A stretch of 64,000 nt of DNA from an uncultured Candidatus Saccharibacteria bacterium (GTDB taxonomy: Bacteria; Patescibacteriota; Minisyncoccia; CAIUEV01; JAHKAQ01): contig CAZRBB010000004.1 in assembly GCA_964598205.1 (NCBI GenBank), positions 71,156 through 135,155 on the forward strand. Direction: 5' to 3'. This document shows, in pieces, positions 49,642 to 59,593 of the stretch. The position numbers and the translations under genes were made by a program. Numbering within the stretch: the stretch's first letter is position 1; each line of letters opens with the position of its first letter. A model generated the notes under the pieces. The model ran no database searches. It saw nothing but the letters and a program-made list of their open reading frames with translations, and was not told the origin of the DNA.

Positions 49642-50483
49642 AAAAACCTTATTTAATTGATTCGCATGTTCATCTTGGTTTTGAGGCTTTTTGTGATGAT
49701 TGGCAAGAAGTTTTAGGCGAAGCCTTGGAAAAGAAAATTTGGGTAGTTAATGTTGGTGCCGGATTTGATACTAGTCGCAAAGCTGTGGAAATAGCGCAAG
49801 GTTATTCAAGCGGGGTTTATGCGGCAGTAGGCACTCACCCAATCCATGTATTAGAAGAAGATTTTAGCCAAGAGATTTTTTGGGACTTGGCAACGAACAA
49901 TGAAAGAGTTGTAGCAATCGGCGAAACTGGTTTGGATTATTTTCATCTTTTAAGTGATCAAGGAAAATTAGCAAAAACTGTTTCACCAAAAAAAGTAAAA
50001 GAAAAACAAAAGAAAGTTTTAAGAGGACATTTGGAATTGGCTAGAATTACGAACAAGCCTTTAATTTTTCATTGTCGTCACTTTAAAAATTGGGATGCGC
50101 ATCTTGATTTTCTAAAAGTGTTAGAAGATTTTTCCATTGAAAGACATGATTTTATTCTAAGAGGAGTAATGCATTGTTACACAGGAAATTTGTCTTTGGC
50201 GCAAGCGTATCTTAAATTGGGACTTTATTTGGGATTTACAGGGATTATTACTTTTTCTTCTGATTTAGAAGAAGTGATCAGGGAGACTCCACTAGAAAGA
50301 ATTCTGGTGGAAACGGATTGCCCTTACTTGTCTCCCGATCCAAAAAGAGGAGAAAGGAATGTACCGATAAATGTTCGTTATGTGGCCAGTAAGATTGCGG
50401 AGATTAAAGGGGTTAGCTTAGAAGAGGTAGCTAAAGTTACTACTAGGAACGCCTTTGATCTGTTTGATTTGGAGAAATACTAA
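49638..50483 (+). CDS. tatD: TatD-family metal-dependent deoxyribonuclease/hydrolase
   Basis: LIDSHVHLGF...; TIM-barrel hydrolase motifs. Confidence 0.8.
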   Translation: MKKPYLIDSHVHLGFEAFCDDWQEVLGEALEKKIWVVNVGAGFDTSRKAVEIAQGYSSGVYAAVGTHPIHVLEEDFSQEIFWDLATNNERVVAIGETGLDYFHLLSDQGKLAKTVSPKKVKEKQKKVLRGHLELARITNKPLIFHCRHFKNWDAHLDFLKVLEDFSIERHDFILRGVMHCYTGNLSLAQAYLKLGLYLGFTGIITFSSDLEEVIRETPLERILVETDCPYLSPDPKRGERNVPINVRYVASKIAEIKGVSLEEVAKVTTRNAFDLFDLEKY

Positions 50484-50647
50484 GATTACTCTTACTGGAT
50501 GTAGTTTTTTGAATTTTTGAATTTTATTTGATATGGTGGTTGGGAGGCTAAATTTTAAATAATGAATTTTGAATTTCGATTAAAATTTTAATTACGAATT
50601 ACAAAATTCAATTGAAATTAAAAATTCATAATTAAAAATTTAAAAAT

Positions 50648-51052
50648 ATGTCTAAAAAATCTATTCTAGGAATAGTTGGTGTTTTTGCTTTTGTGGTAAT
50701 GAGTCTTAATTGGCTTTTAAGGTTAAAAGGACAACAAGAAGAAAATGTTGATCTAATGCCGATTGGATTTGATGCTAGCAAAACTTATCTTTTTATTGGT
50801 GAAGGCTGTGGTCATTGCGTGGCAATAGAGAAATTTATTAAAGAAGGAAAAATAGAAGAAAAGGTAGCCATAGAGATACAAGAAGTTTTTGTGAATATTG
50901 AGAATCAAAAGAATTACAAAGCGGCTTTTGGGGAATGTAAAAAGAAGATAGAAGGAATATCGGTTCCTGTGCTTTATCATAAGGGAGCTTGCTTTCAGGG
51001 AGAGGATGAGATAAAAGGAAAGTTGGAGGAATTGGCAGGAATAAAGAAGTAA
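50648..51052 (+). CDS. Membrane-anchored thioredoxin-fold protein (CGHC active site)
   Basis: N-terminal TM. GEGCGHCVAIEKF CxxC motif. Confidence 0.55.
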   Translation: MSKKSILGIVGVFAFVVMSLNWLLRLKGQQEENVDLMPIGFDASKTYLFIGEGCGHCVAIEKFIKEGKIEEKVAIEIQEVFVNIENQKNYKAAFGECKKKIEGISVPVLYHKGACFQGEDEIKGKLEELAGIKK

Positions 51053-51073
51053 CGAACTAGGCATTGTGATAAC

Positions 51074-51156
51074 GCCGCGGTGGCGAAATTGGTAGACGCG
51101 CCAGCCTTAGGAGCTGGTGGATTTTTTCCATGAGAGTTCGAGTCTCTCCCGTGGCA
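51074..51156 (+). tRNA. tRNA-Leu (anticodon UAG)
   Basis: Acceptor stem GCCGCGG/CCGTGGC. D-arm GCGAAATTGGTAGACGC. Anticodon stem CCAGC/GCTGG with loop CTTAGGA. Long variable arm. T-arm GAGAG-TTCGAGT-CTCTC. Discriminator A. No encoded CCA. Confidence 0.85.
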
Positions 51157-51272
51157 CTAATAAAAAAAAGAGGTAACTTAAAAATCATTGCGTTTTTTGT
51201 GTTTTGTAAAAATACTTTCTACTCTTTAGTTTAATGTTTTTCAACGAAGAAACCTTAACAGAGGGAGGAAAA

Positions 51273-51719
51273 GCGATGGCAAAGTCAGCTGTATCACTGT
51301 TAGAAAAAAAAGAAGTACCGATTGTGTACAGGATTGATGGATTGGGAGAAGGACAATGGCGTCCTTGTTTGGGAAGGTTAAAAATTGGTGAAGTTTTTTT
51401 CCGGTGGGAGTTTTCTTTTGTGTTTCCTGTTTGGGAAATAGAAAAAATTGGGCAAGGAGAAATCGTATTCACAGCAAGGGGTCCTAAAAGAGTAATGGAT
51501 GTGGTTGATGTTCGAATATGGCAGGGAGGGGTGAAAATTACCCTTTTGAACGAGGAGCACAATTTTTTTGTGAGCCTACTTGCTCCGCTTTTGCTGGATT
51601 TTTGTCGCGGTAAAGCGAAAATCGATAAAGGTTCCTGCGAGGGCTGTATGTTTTTTTCTGTTTCTCTTAATTTTTGCAAAACCCTGCAAAGACGGTTTGA
51701 TTGTTGCTTTCTAGATTAG
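51273..51719 (+). CDS. Hypothetical protein
   Basis: Plus-strand ORF preferred over the overlapping Ser-rich minus-strand ORF 51185-51679. No recognisable motifs. Confidence 0.25.
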   Translation, partial: AMAKSAVSLLEKKEVPIVYRIDGLGEGQWRPCLGRLKIGEVFFRWEFSFVFPVWEIEKIGQGEIVFTARGPKRVMDVVDVRIWQGGVKITLLNEEHNFFVSLLAPLLLDFCRGKAKIDKGSCEGCMFFSVSLNFCKTLQRRFDCCFLD

Positions 51720-51835
51720 AATGTATGTGGGGGCCTCTAGCAATTAATTGCTGAAGCCTCCTTTTTCATATTTTTTGTTGAAAAAAAATGACCTCGCTTT
51801 AAACCCAGAAAAAGCGGGGTCAATATTTAATGTAC

Positions 51836-52276
51836 TTAATAATTGTTGTTTTGCTTTCGGCCTTCACAGACTTCCTCAATTTTAGTAGAGGAATTACCAT
51901 TTACCGTGGTGGTAGTGGTAATTTTTCGACAGTTAGTTGATGCCGATTGTTGTCCTGGAGTGGCTGTAACCACTGCCCCACTTTCGTTGTGATAAGTAAC
52001 TGTTTGTCCGGTCATTGCGGCCTTTTCTGCGGCCTTTTTTTCTAAGTAATACTTAGTGCCGTCCACCAACAGCCCTGCCACTCCGCCAATAGCTGCTCCG
52101 TTAACTGCTCCTCTGTAGCGGTTATTGGTATCACCCAAGGCACCAATAGCAGCGCCGGCGGCAGCACCGATTCCAGTAGCGCATCCTGATAAAAGAACAG
52201 CTCCAGCAGAAATGATTGCTAGAGCAAGACAGACGGAAGCAATAATACTTCTTTTTTTACTAATTTTACTAAACAT
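51836..52276 (-). CDS. Glycine-zipper lipoprotein (17-kDa-surface-antigen-like)
   Basis: Signal peptide with lipobox LLSGC. GxxxG-rich glycine-zipper segment. Confidence 0.55.
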   Translation of the reverse strand: MFSKISKKRSIIASVCLALAIISAGAVLLSGCATGIGAAAGAAIGALGDTNNRYRGAVNGAAIGGVAGLLVDGTKYYLEKKAAEKAAMTGQTVTYHNESGAVVTATPGQQSASTNCRKITTTTTVNGNSSTKIEEVCEGRKQNNNY

Positions 52277-52408
52277 ATTGTGGACCTCCCTCGTTTTTTC
52301 TGTTGATAAAGTGCTGGGTTTAAGTTGCTAGTTTACTCCACCCTCAAAAAATGGCAATCTATGGGTATTATTGGGGGTTTGCTTTTTTATTAAAACCAAA
52401 AAATTAAA

Positions 52409-55400
52409 ATGCAAGATTTTAAAGAGGCGTATCGAGAATTAAATGCCAATCAAAAGCAGGCGGTAGATGCATTGACTGGTCCGGTAATGGTGATTGCTGG
52501 CCCCGGTACTGGGAAAACACAAGTTCTGGCTCTACGAATTGTAAATTTGATTCGGAAAAAAAAGGCCCAGCCAAGCGAAATTTTGGCATTAACTTTTACA
52601 GATTCGGCGGCATCGGCTATGCGCCAGCGAATCAGCGATTTTACTGGGGCGGTGGCTTATGACATTTCTATTACCACCTTCCATGGTTTTTGTAACGGTG
52701 TGATTTTGGAAAACCCAGAACTTTTTCTTTTTGCCAAAGATCTACGACAATTAGATGAATTAGAATCTTTAAAGTTGATTAAGGAAATCCTAAAAAAGGG
52801 AAAGTTTTTGCGGTTAAAAAATTTCTTTGATCCTTATTATTATCAGGAAGATATTTTAAAAAGAATTGGAGAACTTAAAAGGGCTGGATTGGTGGCGGAA
52901 GAATTTACCGTCAAAATCAATCTGATTAAAAAAGAGTTGGAAGCGACTCAAGAAATTAATCCGCGAACCGGCAAGCCCAAGGGAGATTGGCAGAAAGAAT
53001 GGAAAAACTGGGAAAAGCTTTTTGATTTGTCTTTTATTTATCAAAGGTACCAAGATTTATGCCAAAAGCGGGGACTTTATGATTTTAACGACATGATTCT
53101 TTCTGTAACGGAAAAATTAAAGACTGATTTGGGTTTAAAAAGAGAGTATCAGGAAAGATTCAAATATTTCTTAAGTGATGAGTATCAGGATACTAACTTA
53201 TTGCAAAATTCGGTTTTGGAAATTTTGGGTAATCGGGGAAAGAGCGCGGAAATTTTTGTGGTAGGAGATGATGATCAAGCGATTTATGGTTTTCAGGGAG
53301 CAAATTTAGAAAATATTTTGTCTTTTAAGGAACGCCATCCCGGGGCACAAGTAATTCCAATCACGATTAATTATCGGTCCGTTGGAGAAGTCGTGGCTTT
53401 GGCGGAGGCCTTGATTGGCAATAATCAAGAAAGAATTACTGAGCGATTAAACGGAGAGATAGACAAAAAAATAACTGCCAACGCCAAAGAAAACAATCAA
53501 CAAGCGGTTCTTAAATACGAATTTTCTGATGCGGCTACCGAGAATTATTTTTTGGTAGAAAAAATAAAAAAGTTGATTGGGGATGGAATTCCTGCTGCCA
53601 AGATTGCAGTTTTAGTAAGGACTAACAAGCAGGTTTCCATGCTGGCGGATATTTTTATTAAGTCTGGGATTCCGGTGGAAATTTCCGAGGCCAGTTCGAT
53701 CCTAGAAACTAGACCAATTAAAGAGCTACTTCTTCTTTTAGAAGCAGTAGCTAATCCGCTAGCGGATAGTGCTGTTTATGCGGCCATGAGTTTGGAAATT
53801 TGGGAGATTGTTCCAGCCGATTTTTTTAATTTTCATCATTGTTCGCGTTTGGCTAAAAAATCATTAGGGACATTATTTTTATCTTTTAACGATGGTTCGG
53901 CAAAAAAAGAATGGCGTGATTTTTCCAAAATAGAACGATTTTTTTCGGTGATTTTTTTGCTACATAAAGAATCGATTAGGGAACCGGTATTGTTTCTTTT
54001 GGAAAAAGTGCTGAACGAATCCGGAATCCTAGATGCTTATTTAAAAAAGAAAGACATTCGTTCTCTTAATCAACTACAAACCTTTTTTAATTTCACTAAA
54101 AAGTTTAGCAAGAAAGACTCAGAAGCTAAGTTAAAGGCGCTACTTCTAGATTTAAAAATTATTAAAGAAGATCAAATAAAAATCAAAGAGCAAAAACTTT
54201 CTATGGCCGAAGAAGATGTTCGCATAATGACGGTTCATCGGGCCAAGGGATTGGAATTTACGGCAGTTTTTATTCCCCAACTTTATTCTGGCAATTGGGG
54301 AGGGAGAATAGAAAGAGATAATTTAAAAATGCCGTTTCCCAAGTTGCTTGGTTTTATGAGTCGGCATTTTGAATTCAACAAAGAAGAAAGTGAGCGACGA
54401 TTATTTTTTGTAGCGCTGACTCGGGCTCGTCTTCGGCTGTTTCTTTCTCGGGCTTCTTTTCCAAATTCAGATGATCCCGAAAAAGAAAAAACGCCTTCTC
54501 GATTTTTAGAAGAGATTAAAGAAGTACCAATTTTAATTGGTGATTCTGAGCGATACGAAAAAAGTTTTGAAGAAAAAGTAAAGATGGTTTTAAAGACGCC
54601 GAAAGATAATAAGCTTTCTTATTTTCAAAAAGCGGAAGAAAAATTCCTAAAAGAAAGAGTAAAAGAATTATCTCTTAGTCCAACGGGATTAAACTTGTTT
54701 TTAAAATGTCCCCAACGGTATAAATACGAAAAGTTATTGTTAATTCCTAAAACAAAGAGTAAAACTTTGGTACTAGGAACGGCTGTTCATCAGGGGTTGG
54801 AAGACTTTTTTCGTCTTTTTGGTAAGCGGGGAACGGCGGAAAAGTCTGATTTGTTAGAAGGATTTAACAGGGTTTTGGCTAAAGAAATTTTAAATAAGGA
54901 GGATCGAGAATCGGTAAAAGAAGAGGGAGAGAAAATACTTTTTTCGTACTACGAAAATTACAAGGATAATTTAGAAAAGCCATTATGTTTAGAAACACGG
55001 TTTAATAAGGTTTTTTTAGAGGGGGTTTTATTAACTGGCCAGGTAGATAAAATAGAGACAATAATTGGTGGTAAATTAAAATCAGCTAACGGGAATAATA
55101 AACCGTTGGTACGAGTAGTGGATTACAAAACAGGGAAGAGATATACTAAAAATGCGATTTTGGGAAAAACCAAGCTTGGCAATGAAGGCATTTACAGACA
55201 GTTGGTTTTTTATAAACTGCTTTCTGTTTTAGACACCAAGTTTCCTTTTGTAGTAAAAGAAGTACAGGTGGATTTTGTAAAGCCAGACAATAATAAATTT
55301 TACAGAGAGTCATTTGAAATTACCGAAGAAGAAATAAAGAAGTTAGAAATATTAATTAAAGAAGTGATTGGCAAAATTAAACGGCTGGAGTTTTCAAAAA

Positions 55401-55465
55401 CAACAGATCAAAAAGAGTGTGAGTTTTGCGATAATCGAAATTTTTGTGAAATTTGGGAAAAATGA
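52409..55465 (+). CDS. UvrD/PcrA-family helicase fused to a C-terminal PD-(D/E)xK RecB-like nuclease with a Cys cluster
   Basis: Walker A AGPGTGKTQVL. UvrD motifs. C-terminal CEFCDNRNFC (Fe-S/Cas4-like). Confidence 0.8.
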   Translation: MQDFKEAYRELNANQKQAVDALTGPVMVIAGPGTGKTQVLALRIVNLIRKKKAQPSEILALTFTDSAASAMRQRISDFTGAVAYDISITTFHGFCNGVILENPELFLFAKDLRQLDELESLKLIKEILKKGKFLRLKNFFDPYYYQEDILKRIGELKRAGLVAEEFTVKINLIKKELEATQEINPRTGKPKGDWQKEWKNWEKLFDLSFIYQRYQDLCQKRGLYDFNDMILSVTEKLKTDLGLKREYQERFKYFLSDEYQDTNLLQNSVLEILGNRGKSAEIFVVGDDDQAIYGFQGANLENILSFKERHPGAQVIPITINYRSVGEVVALAEALIGNNQERITERLNGEIDKKITANAKENNQQAVLKYEFSDAATENYFLVEKIKKLIGDGIPAAKIAVLVRTNKQVSMLADIFIKSGIPVEISEASSILETRPIKELLLLLEAVANPLADSAVYAAMSLEIWEIVPADFFNFHHCSRLAKKSLGTLFLSFNDGSAKKEWRDFSKIERFFSVIFLLHKESIREPVLFLLEKVLNESGILDAYLKKKDIRSLNQLQTFFNFTKKFSKKDSEAKLKALLLDLKIIKEDQIKIKEQKLSMAEEDVRIMTVHRAKGLEFTAVFIPQLYSGNWGGRIERDNLKMPFPKLLGFMSRHFEFNKEESERRLFFVALTRARLRLFLSRASFPNSDDPEKEKTPSRFLEEIKEVPILIGDSERYEKSFEEKVKMVLKTPKDNKLSYFQKAEEKFLKERVKELSLSPTGLNLFLKCPQRYKYEKLLLIPKTKSKTLVLGTAVHQGLEDFFRLFGKRGTAEKSDLLEGFNRVLAKEILNKEDRESVKEEGEKILFSYYENYKDNLEKPLCLETRFNKVFLEGVLLTGQVDKIETIIGGKLKSANGNNKPLVRVVDYKTGKRYTKNAILGKTKLGNEGIYRQLVFYKLLSVLDTKFPFVVKEVQVDFVKPDNNKFYRESFEITEEEIKKLEILIKEVIGKIKRLEFSKTTDQKECEFCDNRNFCEIWEK

Positions 55466-56820
55466 AGAAATCAAAAGATTCATTAGAAGATTTGCCTCTT
55501 TTTAGGGCAAGCAACAAGGAAGACAACGAATTGGCCGAAGGAGTATTAAAAGAGCAAAAGCAAAAAGAAGAGGCGTTAATTGCCGAAGTTAACGCCGGTG
55601 TTTTTAGTGTTTCTGATTTTCTTGATTTTACCAACAGTCGATTAAAAGAGGCAGAGTACCGAGTTAAAGGGGAGGTCGGTCAGCTTCAAGAGCGATCCAG
55701 TTATGTTTTTTTCTCGCTAAAAGACAAAGAAGACGAAAGCGTGCTGCGCTGTTTTGCTTGGCAACGAACGCTAAAATTTTGCGGAGTGCAATTAAAAGAG
55801 GGAACGGAAGTAATTGTTTCTGGCTATTCGGAAGTTTATAAAAGAACAGGGAGTTTGAGTTTTCAGGTAAAAACAGTGGAGTTGGTGGGGGAGGGCGTTC
55901 TAAAAAAAGCGTTCGAAGAGTTAAAAGAGAAGCTTCAAAAAGAAGGTCTTTTTGCCGAAGAAGTAAAAAAGCCGTTGCCTTTTTATCCTAAAACTATTGG
56001 ACTGATTACTTCTCGTCATGGTGAGGCGATCAATGATTTTAACGCTAACTTAGGAAGTTTTGGTTTTAAGATAAAGTTTATTGATTGTCGGGTAGAGGGG
56101 CAGCGAGCGGTTTTTGATTTAATAGCGGCTTTAAAATCGTTTGGTCGGAGTAAAAATCGCCCCGATGTTTTGGCGTTGGTTAGAGGCGGTGGCAGTTGGG
56201 AAAGTTTGCAGGCATTTAATAATGAAGAACTAGCTAGAGAGATTCATCGATCGTCGATTCCGATTATTTCTGGGGTTGGTCACGAGGGAGATGTTACCAT
56301 TGCCGATTTGGCGGCAGATTTTCGGGCCTCTACTCCCACTGGTGCTGCTAAAAGAATTGGCGAGGAATGGCGAAAGGCGCGCGAAGAATTGAACAATCGA
56401 GAAAGAGATATTTTTTCTGGTTTTCCTCGTTTTTTAGAAAACCAGCGCTTGGTCCTGGAACGGTCTTCTAGTCAAATTCTTTTGGGTTTTGGTGTGATTC
56501 CGGAGCTTTTGCGAAAGTGGGAAGTTGGAATTAAAAATGGTTTTTCTAGAATTGAATTTTCACTAGAAAAAGAAAGAGGTTTTTTAGAAGAAACCAAAGA
56601 GGGGATTAGGCGAGATTTTTTGCGGGGTTTTTTGGCCAACCGTTCATTAATTGATAGTTGGGAAAAGACGATTGTGGCTGGTGATCCAGAGAATCAATTG
56701 CGTTTAGGTTATAGTTTGGCTTATCAGAACGGCAATCTCTTAAAGAGTGCCAAGATGGTGGTTCCCGCAAAAGAACTGGAAATTAAATTTTCTGATGGCA
56801 AAATTGTGGCTATGCCTTAA
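55453..56820 (+). CDS. xseA: Exodeoxyribonuclease VII large subunit
   Basis: N-terminal OB fold. LITSRHGEAINDF...VRGGGSWESLQAFN...SGVGHEGD. Confidence 0.85.
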   Translation: MGKMKKSKDSLEDLPLFRASNKEDNELAEGVLKEQKQKEEALIAEVNAGVFSVSDFLDFTNSRLKEAEYRVKGEVGQLQERSSYVFFSLKDKEDESVLRCFAWQRTLKFCGVQLKEGTEVIVSGYSEVYKRTGSLSFQVKTVELVGEGVLKKAFEELKEKLQKEGLFAEEVKKPLPFYPKTIGLITSRHGEAINDFNANLGSFGFKIKFIDCRVEGQRAVFDLIAALKSFGRSKNRPDVLALVRGGGSWESLQAFNNEELAREIHRSSIPIISGVGHEGDVTIADLAADFRASTPTGAAKRIGEEWRKAREELNNRERDIFSGFPRFLENQRLVLERSSSQILLGFGVIPELLRKWEVGIKNGFSRIEFSLEKERGFLEETKEGIRRDFLRGFLANRSLIDSWEKTIVAGDPENQLRLGYSLAYQNGNLLKSAKMVVPAKELEIKFSDGKIVAMP

Positions 56821-56886
56821 AATTAAGAATGCAGTTGTGTATTTTTCTAAAAGAATTAAATTAGAAGGTAATCAGTAATTTTTTTT

Positions 56887-57111
56887 ATGTCTTCTGCTAA
56901 AAAAGCTTCTGCTAAAAAAAACAAACCAAGCCTAAGTGGTGATTTGGAAAAATTAAAAGAAATTTCCGATTGGTTTTCGTTGCGTTCGGAAATTGATGTA
57001 GAGGAGGGAATTAAAAAAGTGAGAGAAGGAGCAGTTTTGATTAAGAGTTCTCGGGAAAGATTAAAAGAAATTGAAAACGAATTTGAAGAGTTAAAAAAAG
57101 AGCTAGATTAG
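56887..57111 (+). CDS. xseB: Exodeoxyribonuclease VII small subunit
   Basis: 74-aa coiled coil immediately downstream of xseA. Family-like LE.L..I...L......LEE.... Confidence 0.65.
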   Translation: MSSAKKASAKKNKPSLSGDLEKLKEISDWFSLRSEIDVEEGIKKVREGAVLIKSSRERLKEIENEFEELKKELD

Positions 57112-57142
57112 TTCTGCTTTTTAGACTTCTAAAACTTTACAC

Positions 57143-57177
57143 TAAAACAGGTCTTTTTATTGGGGCCTGTTTTATTT
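57143..57177 (+). terminator. Hairpin plus T-tract after xseB
   Basis: aaacagg-tctttttattgggg-cctgttttatttttt. Confidence 0.4.
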
Positions 57178-57253
57178 TTTATTTATCTTTTTTTTCCTTT
57201 TAATTTAGAGCTCTCGCCTTAAATTAAAGAAGCTCTAATTAAAAAGAAAGGAG

Positions 57254-57961
57254 GTGAAGAACATGAATCAATCAATAACGGCTAATAGATTAAGTTTTGG
57301 TGGATCTTTTTTGGGTCGGCTGGTGGCCAGGCGTCCTTTGTTCCAAAAGAAGAGAAAGTTACTTTTAATTTTGATTTTTTGTTTTGTGCTGGGTTCTTTT
57401 TTAGCGGCTTACGCTTATTTTTCTTTTAATAATCGGCAAGAGGGGAACAAAATTAAAATGGCTAATTTAAGCTTGGGACTGGCCGGAGAAAATGGTTCAG
57501 AAATTTTACCGCTAGATTTAAATAATATTTTTCCCGGATGGAATTACGACATGAAGGGAGAAGTTACCAATCAGGGCGGAGAAAATTTGATTTTTAGAAT
57601 TCAATTAGAAGAAACCAACAATCAATTTTCGGCTATTGCTAAAACTACGCTCTATACCTTAGAGGTGAAGGATCAGGCAGAAAATATTGTTTACACCAAA
57701 AGTGGGTATTTAGAAAATTTGAACCAAGAAAATCAAGCAATGAATGTTGCCATAGAAGAATCAGGCAAGAAAAAATACTCCTTGCGTCTAAGTATTCCCC
57801 AAGATATGGACGATTTTACTACGCCAGAAAACGAAGAAGACAATCAATACCAAGGAATGACTTCGGAATTTGATTTGGCGATTCAATCAACACAGGCAGC
57901 CAACAGCAATTGGGAAGGGTTCCCCGAAAAAGAAGTTCTAGGTCCTCCTGCTCAAAGTTAA
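57254..57961 (+). CDS. Secreted/anchored TasA/camelysin-like (M73-like) protein
   Basis: N-terminal anchor. NLSLGLAGENGSEILPLDLNNIFPGWNYDMKGEVTNQG resembles the TasA/CalY N-terminal pattern. Strong SD aaaggaggtga. Confidence 0.35.
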   Translation: MKNMNQSITANRLSFGGSFLGRLVARRPLFQKKRKLLLILIFCFVLGSFLAAYAYFSFNNRQEGNKIKMANLSLGLAGENGSEILPLDLNNIFPGWNYDMKGEVTNQGGENLIFRIQLEETNNQFSAIAKTTLYTLEVKDQAENIVYTKSGYLENLNQENQAMNVAIEESGKKKYSLRLSIPQDMDDFTTPENEEDNQYQGMTSEFDLAIQSTQAANSNWEGFPEKEVLGPPAQS

Positions 57962-58024
57962 TTTTAAATTAAGAAGGGGGAGTGCTCCTAGGATACTAGG
58001 GCATTCCCCCAAAAAGAATTATTT

Positions 58025-59311
58025 ATGTTGTTTAAATCATTGAAAATATTTTTGACTATTTTTTTCGTGATATTATTTTCCTTTTTTTCTGAGTCATCGG
58101 TTAAGGCCTTTTTTTCTTATAGGCAAATTTTAGGAGGAAACAAGGTTAGCTTAGGTGATTGGGAGGCTCCGCAATTATCTTTTGTTGAATTGCCAAATGA
58201 AAGCAAGGCGAGTCTATATTTGCGGTTTAAGTTGAAATCTTGGGACAATCAATCATCTATTGGAGGGATTGAATTTACGCTTTATTCAGGAGAAAAGGGG
58301 AGTACTGATTCTGATTGGGTAAAAACTTTTCGGTCAACCGATTGTGATTCCGGGACTTGTTCTAAAAAAGAAGAATTTTTTTCCTTGGATCTTGATTTGG
58401 ATTTTATAGACAATCCTAATCATCGACTTTGTTTAGTGGATACTGCTTGGTGTACTGGTAAACCTTTGCCACTGGGAAATTATTATTTAGAAATCAAAAC
58501 CTTCGATCAAAGCTCTACTGTGAATCTTTTAGGGAATATGAGTGATCCTTTGTTTTTTTCTGTAGAAAAGACAGCACCAAAGGTGGTTTGTCTTTCTTCT
58601 GGTTTTTATCTAAGGGTGGCGGCAGGGGAGCCGGTTAGTTTTCCTAGTGTTAGTTGCGAAGGGGAAGCACCGCTAGTAGAAATCCGCTGGGATCTAGACG
58701 CTCAAAATGGAGTTAGTTGGGAGCATCCGGATTTTTATGGAGAAATGCCAATTTGGCAAGAAGGCTATCTTGTTCCGGGGAGCTATCAGGCTTCTGTTTG
58801 GGGAAAAAATAATGCTGGAGAAATTGAGATAAAAATTTTTGAGGTAGATGTTTCTAATCCCCTACTGGCTTACCAGTCCCTCCTAATCAATGAGTTTTTA
58901 CCTAATCCGGTAGGAGATGATAATGCGCCTCTTCCTTTGGGAGAATGGGTGGAAATTTTTAATCCAGGAAGATCAGCGGTAGATCTTTTGGGATTTGTTA
59001 TTTACGATGCTTACAATGCGCACGAATTGCCGATCAGTGCTGCAAATATTGAAGGTGGAGAAACAATAATTTATCCCCAAGGATATAAAGTAATTTATCG
59101 TGCCGGTTCCCCGATTTTTTCCTTGAACAATCAAGGACCAGAAAAGGTTCGTCTCTTTGCGGGATTTATAGAAAATTCTGCGCCATTATTAGATCAAGTC
59201 AGCTATGATTCTTCTTTTTTGGAAGAAATTTCTTATTCGCGTTTTCCAGACGGGGCTATTAATTTTTTAATGACTAGTAGTCCTACTAAGGGAACAGCAA
59301 ACCAACAATAG
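58025..59311 (+). CDS. Secreted protein with a C-terminal lamin-tail domain (LTD)
   Basis: Signal peptide. LLINEFLPNPVGDDNAPLPLGEWVEIFNPGRSAVDLLGFVIYD matches the LTD signature. Confidence 0.6.
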   Translation: MLFKSLKIFLTIFFVILFSFFSESSVKAFFSYRQILGGNKVSLGDWEAPQLSFVELPNESKASLYLRFKLKSWDNQSSIGGIEFTLYSGEKGSTDSDWVKTFRSTDCDSGTCSKKEEFFSLDLDLDFIDNPNHRLCLVDTAWCTGKPLPLGNYYLEIKTFDQSSTVNLLGNMSDPLFFSVEKTAPKVVCLSSGFYLRVAAGEPVSFPSVSCEGEAPLVEIRWDLDAQNGVSWEHPDFYGEMPIWQEGYLVPGSYQASVWGKNNAGEIEIKIFEVDVSNPLLAYQSLLINEFLPNPVGDDNAPLPLGEWVEIFNPGRSAVDLLGFVIYDAYNAHELPISAANIEGGETIIYPQGYKVIYRAGSPIFSLNNQGPEKVRLFAGFIENSAPLLDQVSYDSSFLEEISYSRFPDGAINFLMTSSPTKGTANQQ

Positions 59312-59445
59312 GACTTGCATGATTGAGCACATTTCTTCATTAAAACCTGCGTCGCTCGTTCACCGTAATTTGATTACGCCCCGCCTCTGGGCGGCGGGCA
59401 TGCTCACTCGCTTACTCGGTTTTGCCTCGAACCGTGCTCAATCAA

Positions 59446-59476
59446 AAAACCCCTGTCGTTGCAGGGGGTTTTTGAT
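59446..59476. terminator. Bidirectional rho-independent terminator between convergent genes
   Basis: aaaaaa-cccctg-tcgttg-cagggg-ttttt. Confidence 0.7.
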
Positions 59477-59593
59477 TATCAAAAGTTTTCGTTGAAACTA
59501 GAAAGCGATATGAAAAAAAGGACTTGCTAATCTCATATGGTTTCGGAAACTTTTATTTTTCACAAACATTTTTCCATTTTCAACGCCTCCTAA

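Noticed and set aside
51185-51679. 164-aa minus-strand ORF overlapping the plus-strand ORF 51234-51719
   Set aside because: Ser/Pro-rich low-complexity translation. The plus-strand reading is more protein-like, though neither is well supported.
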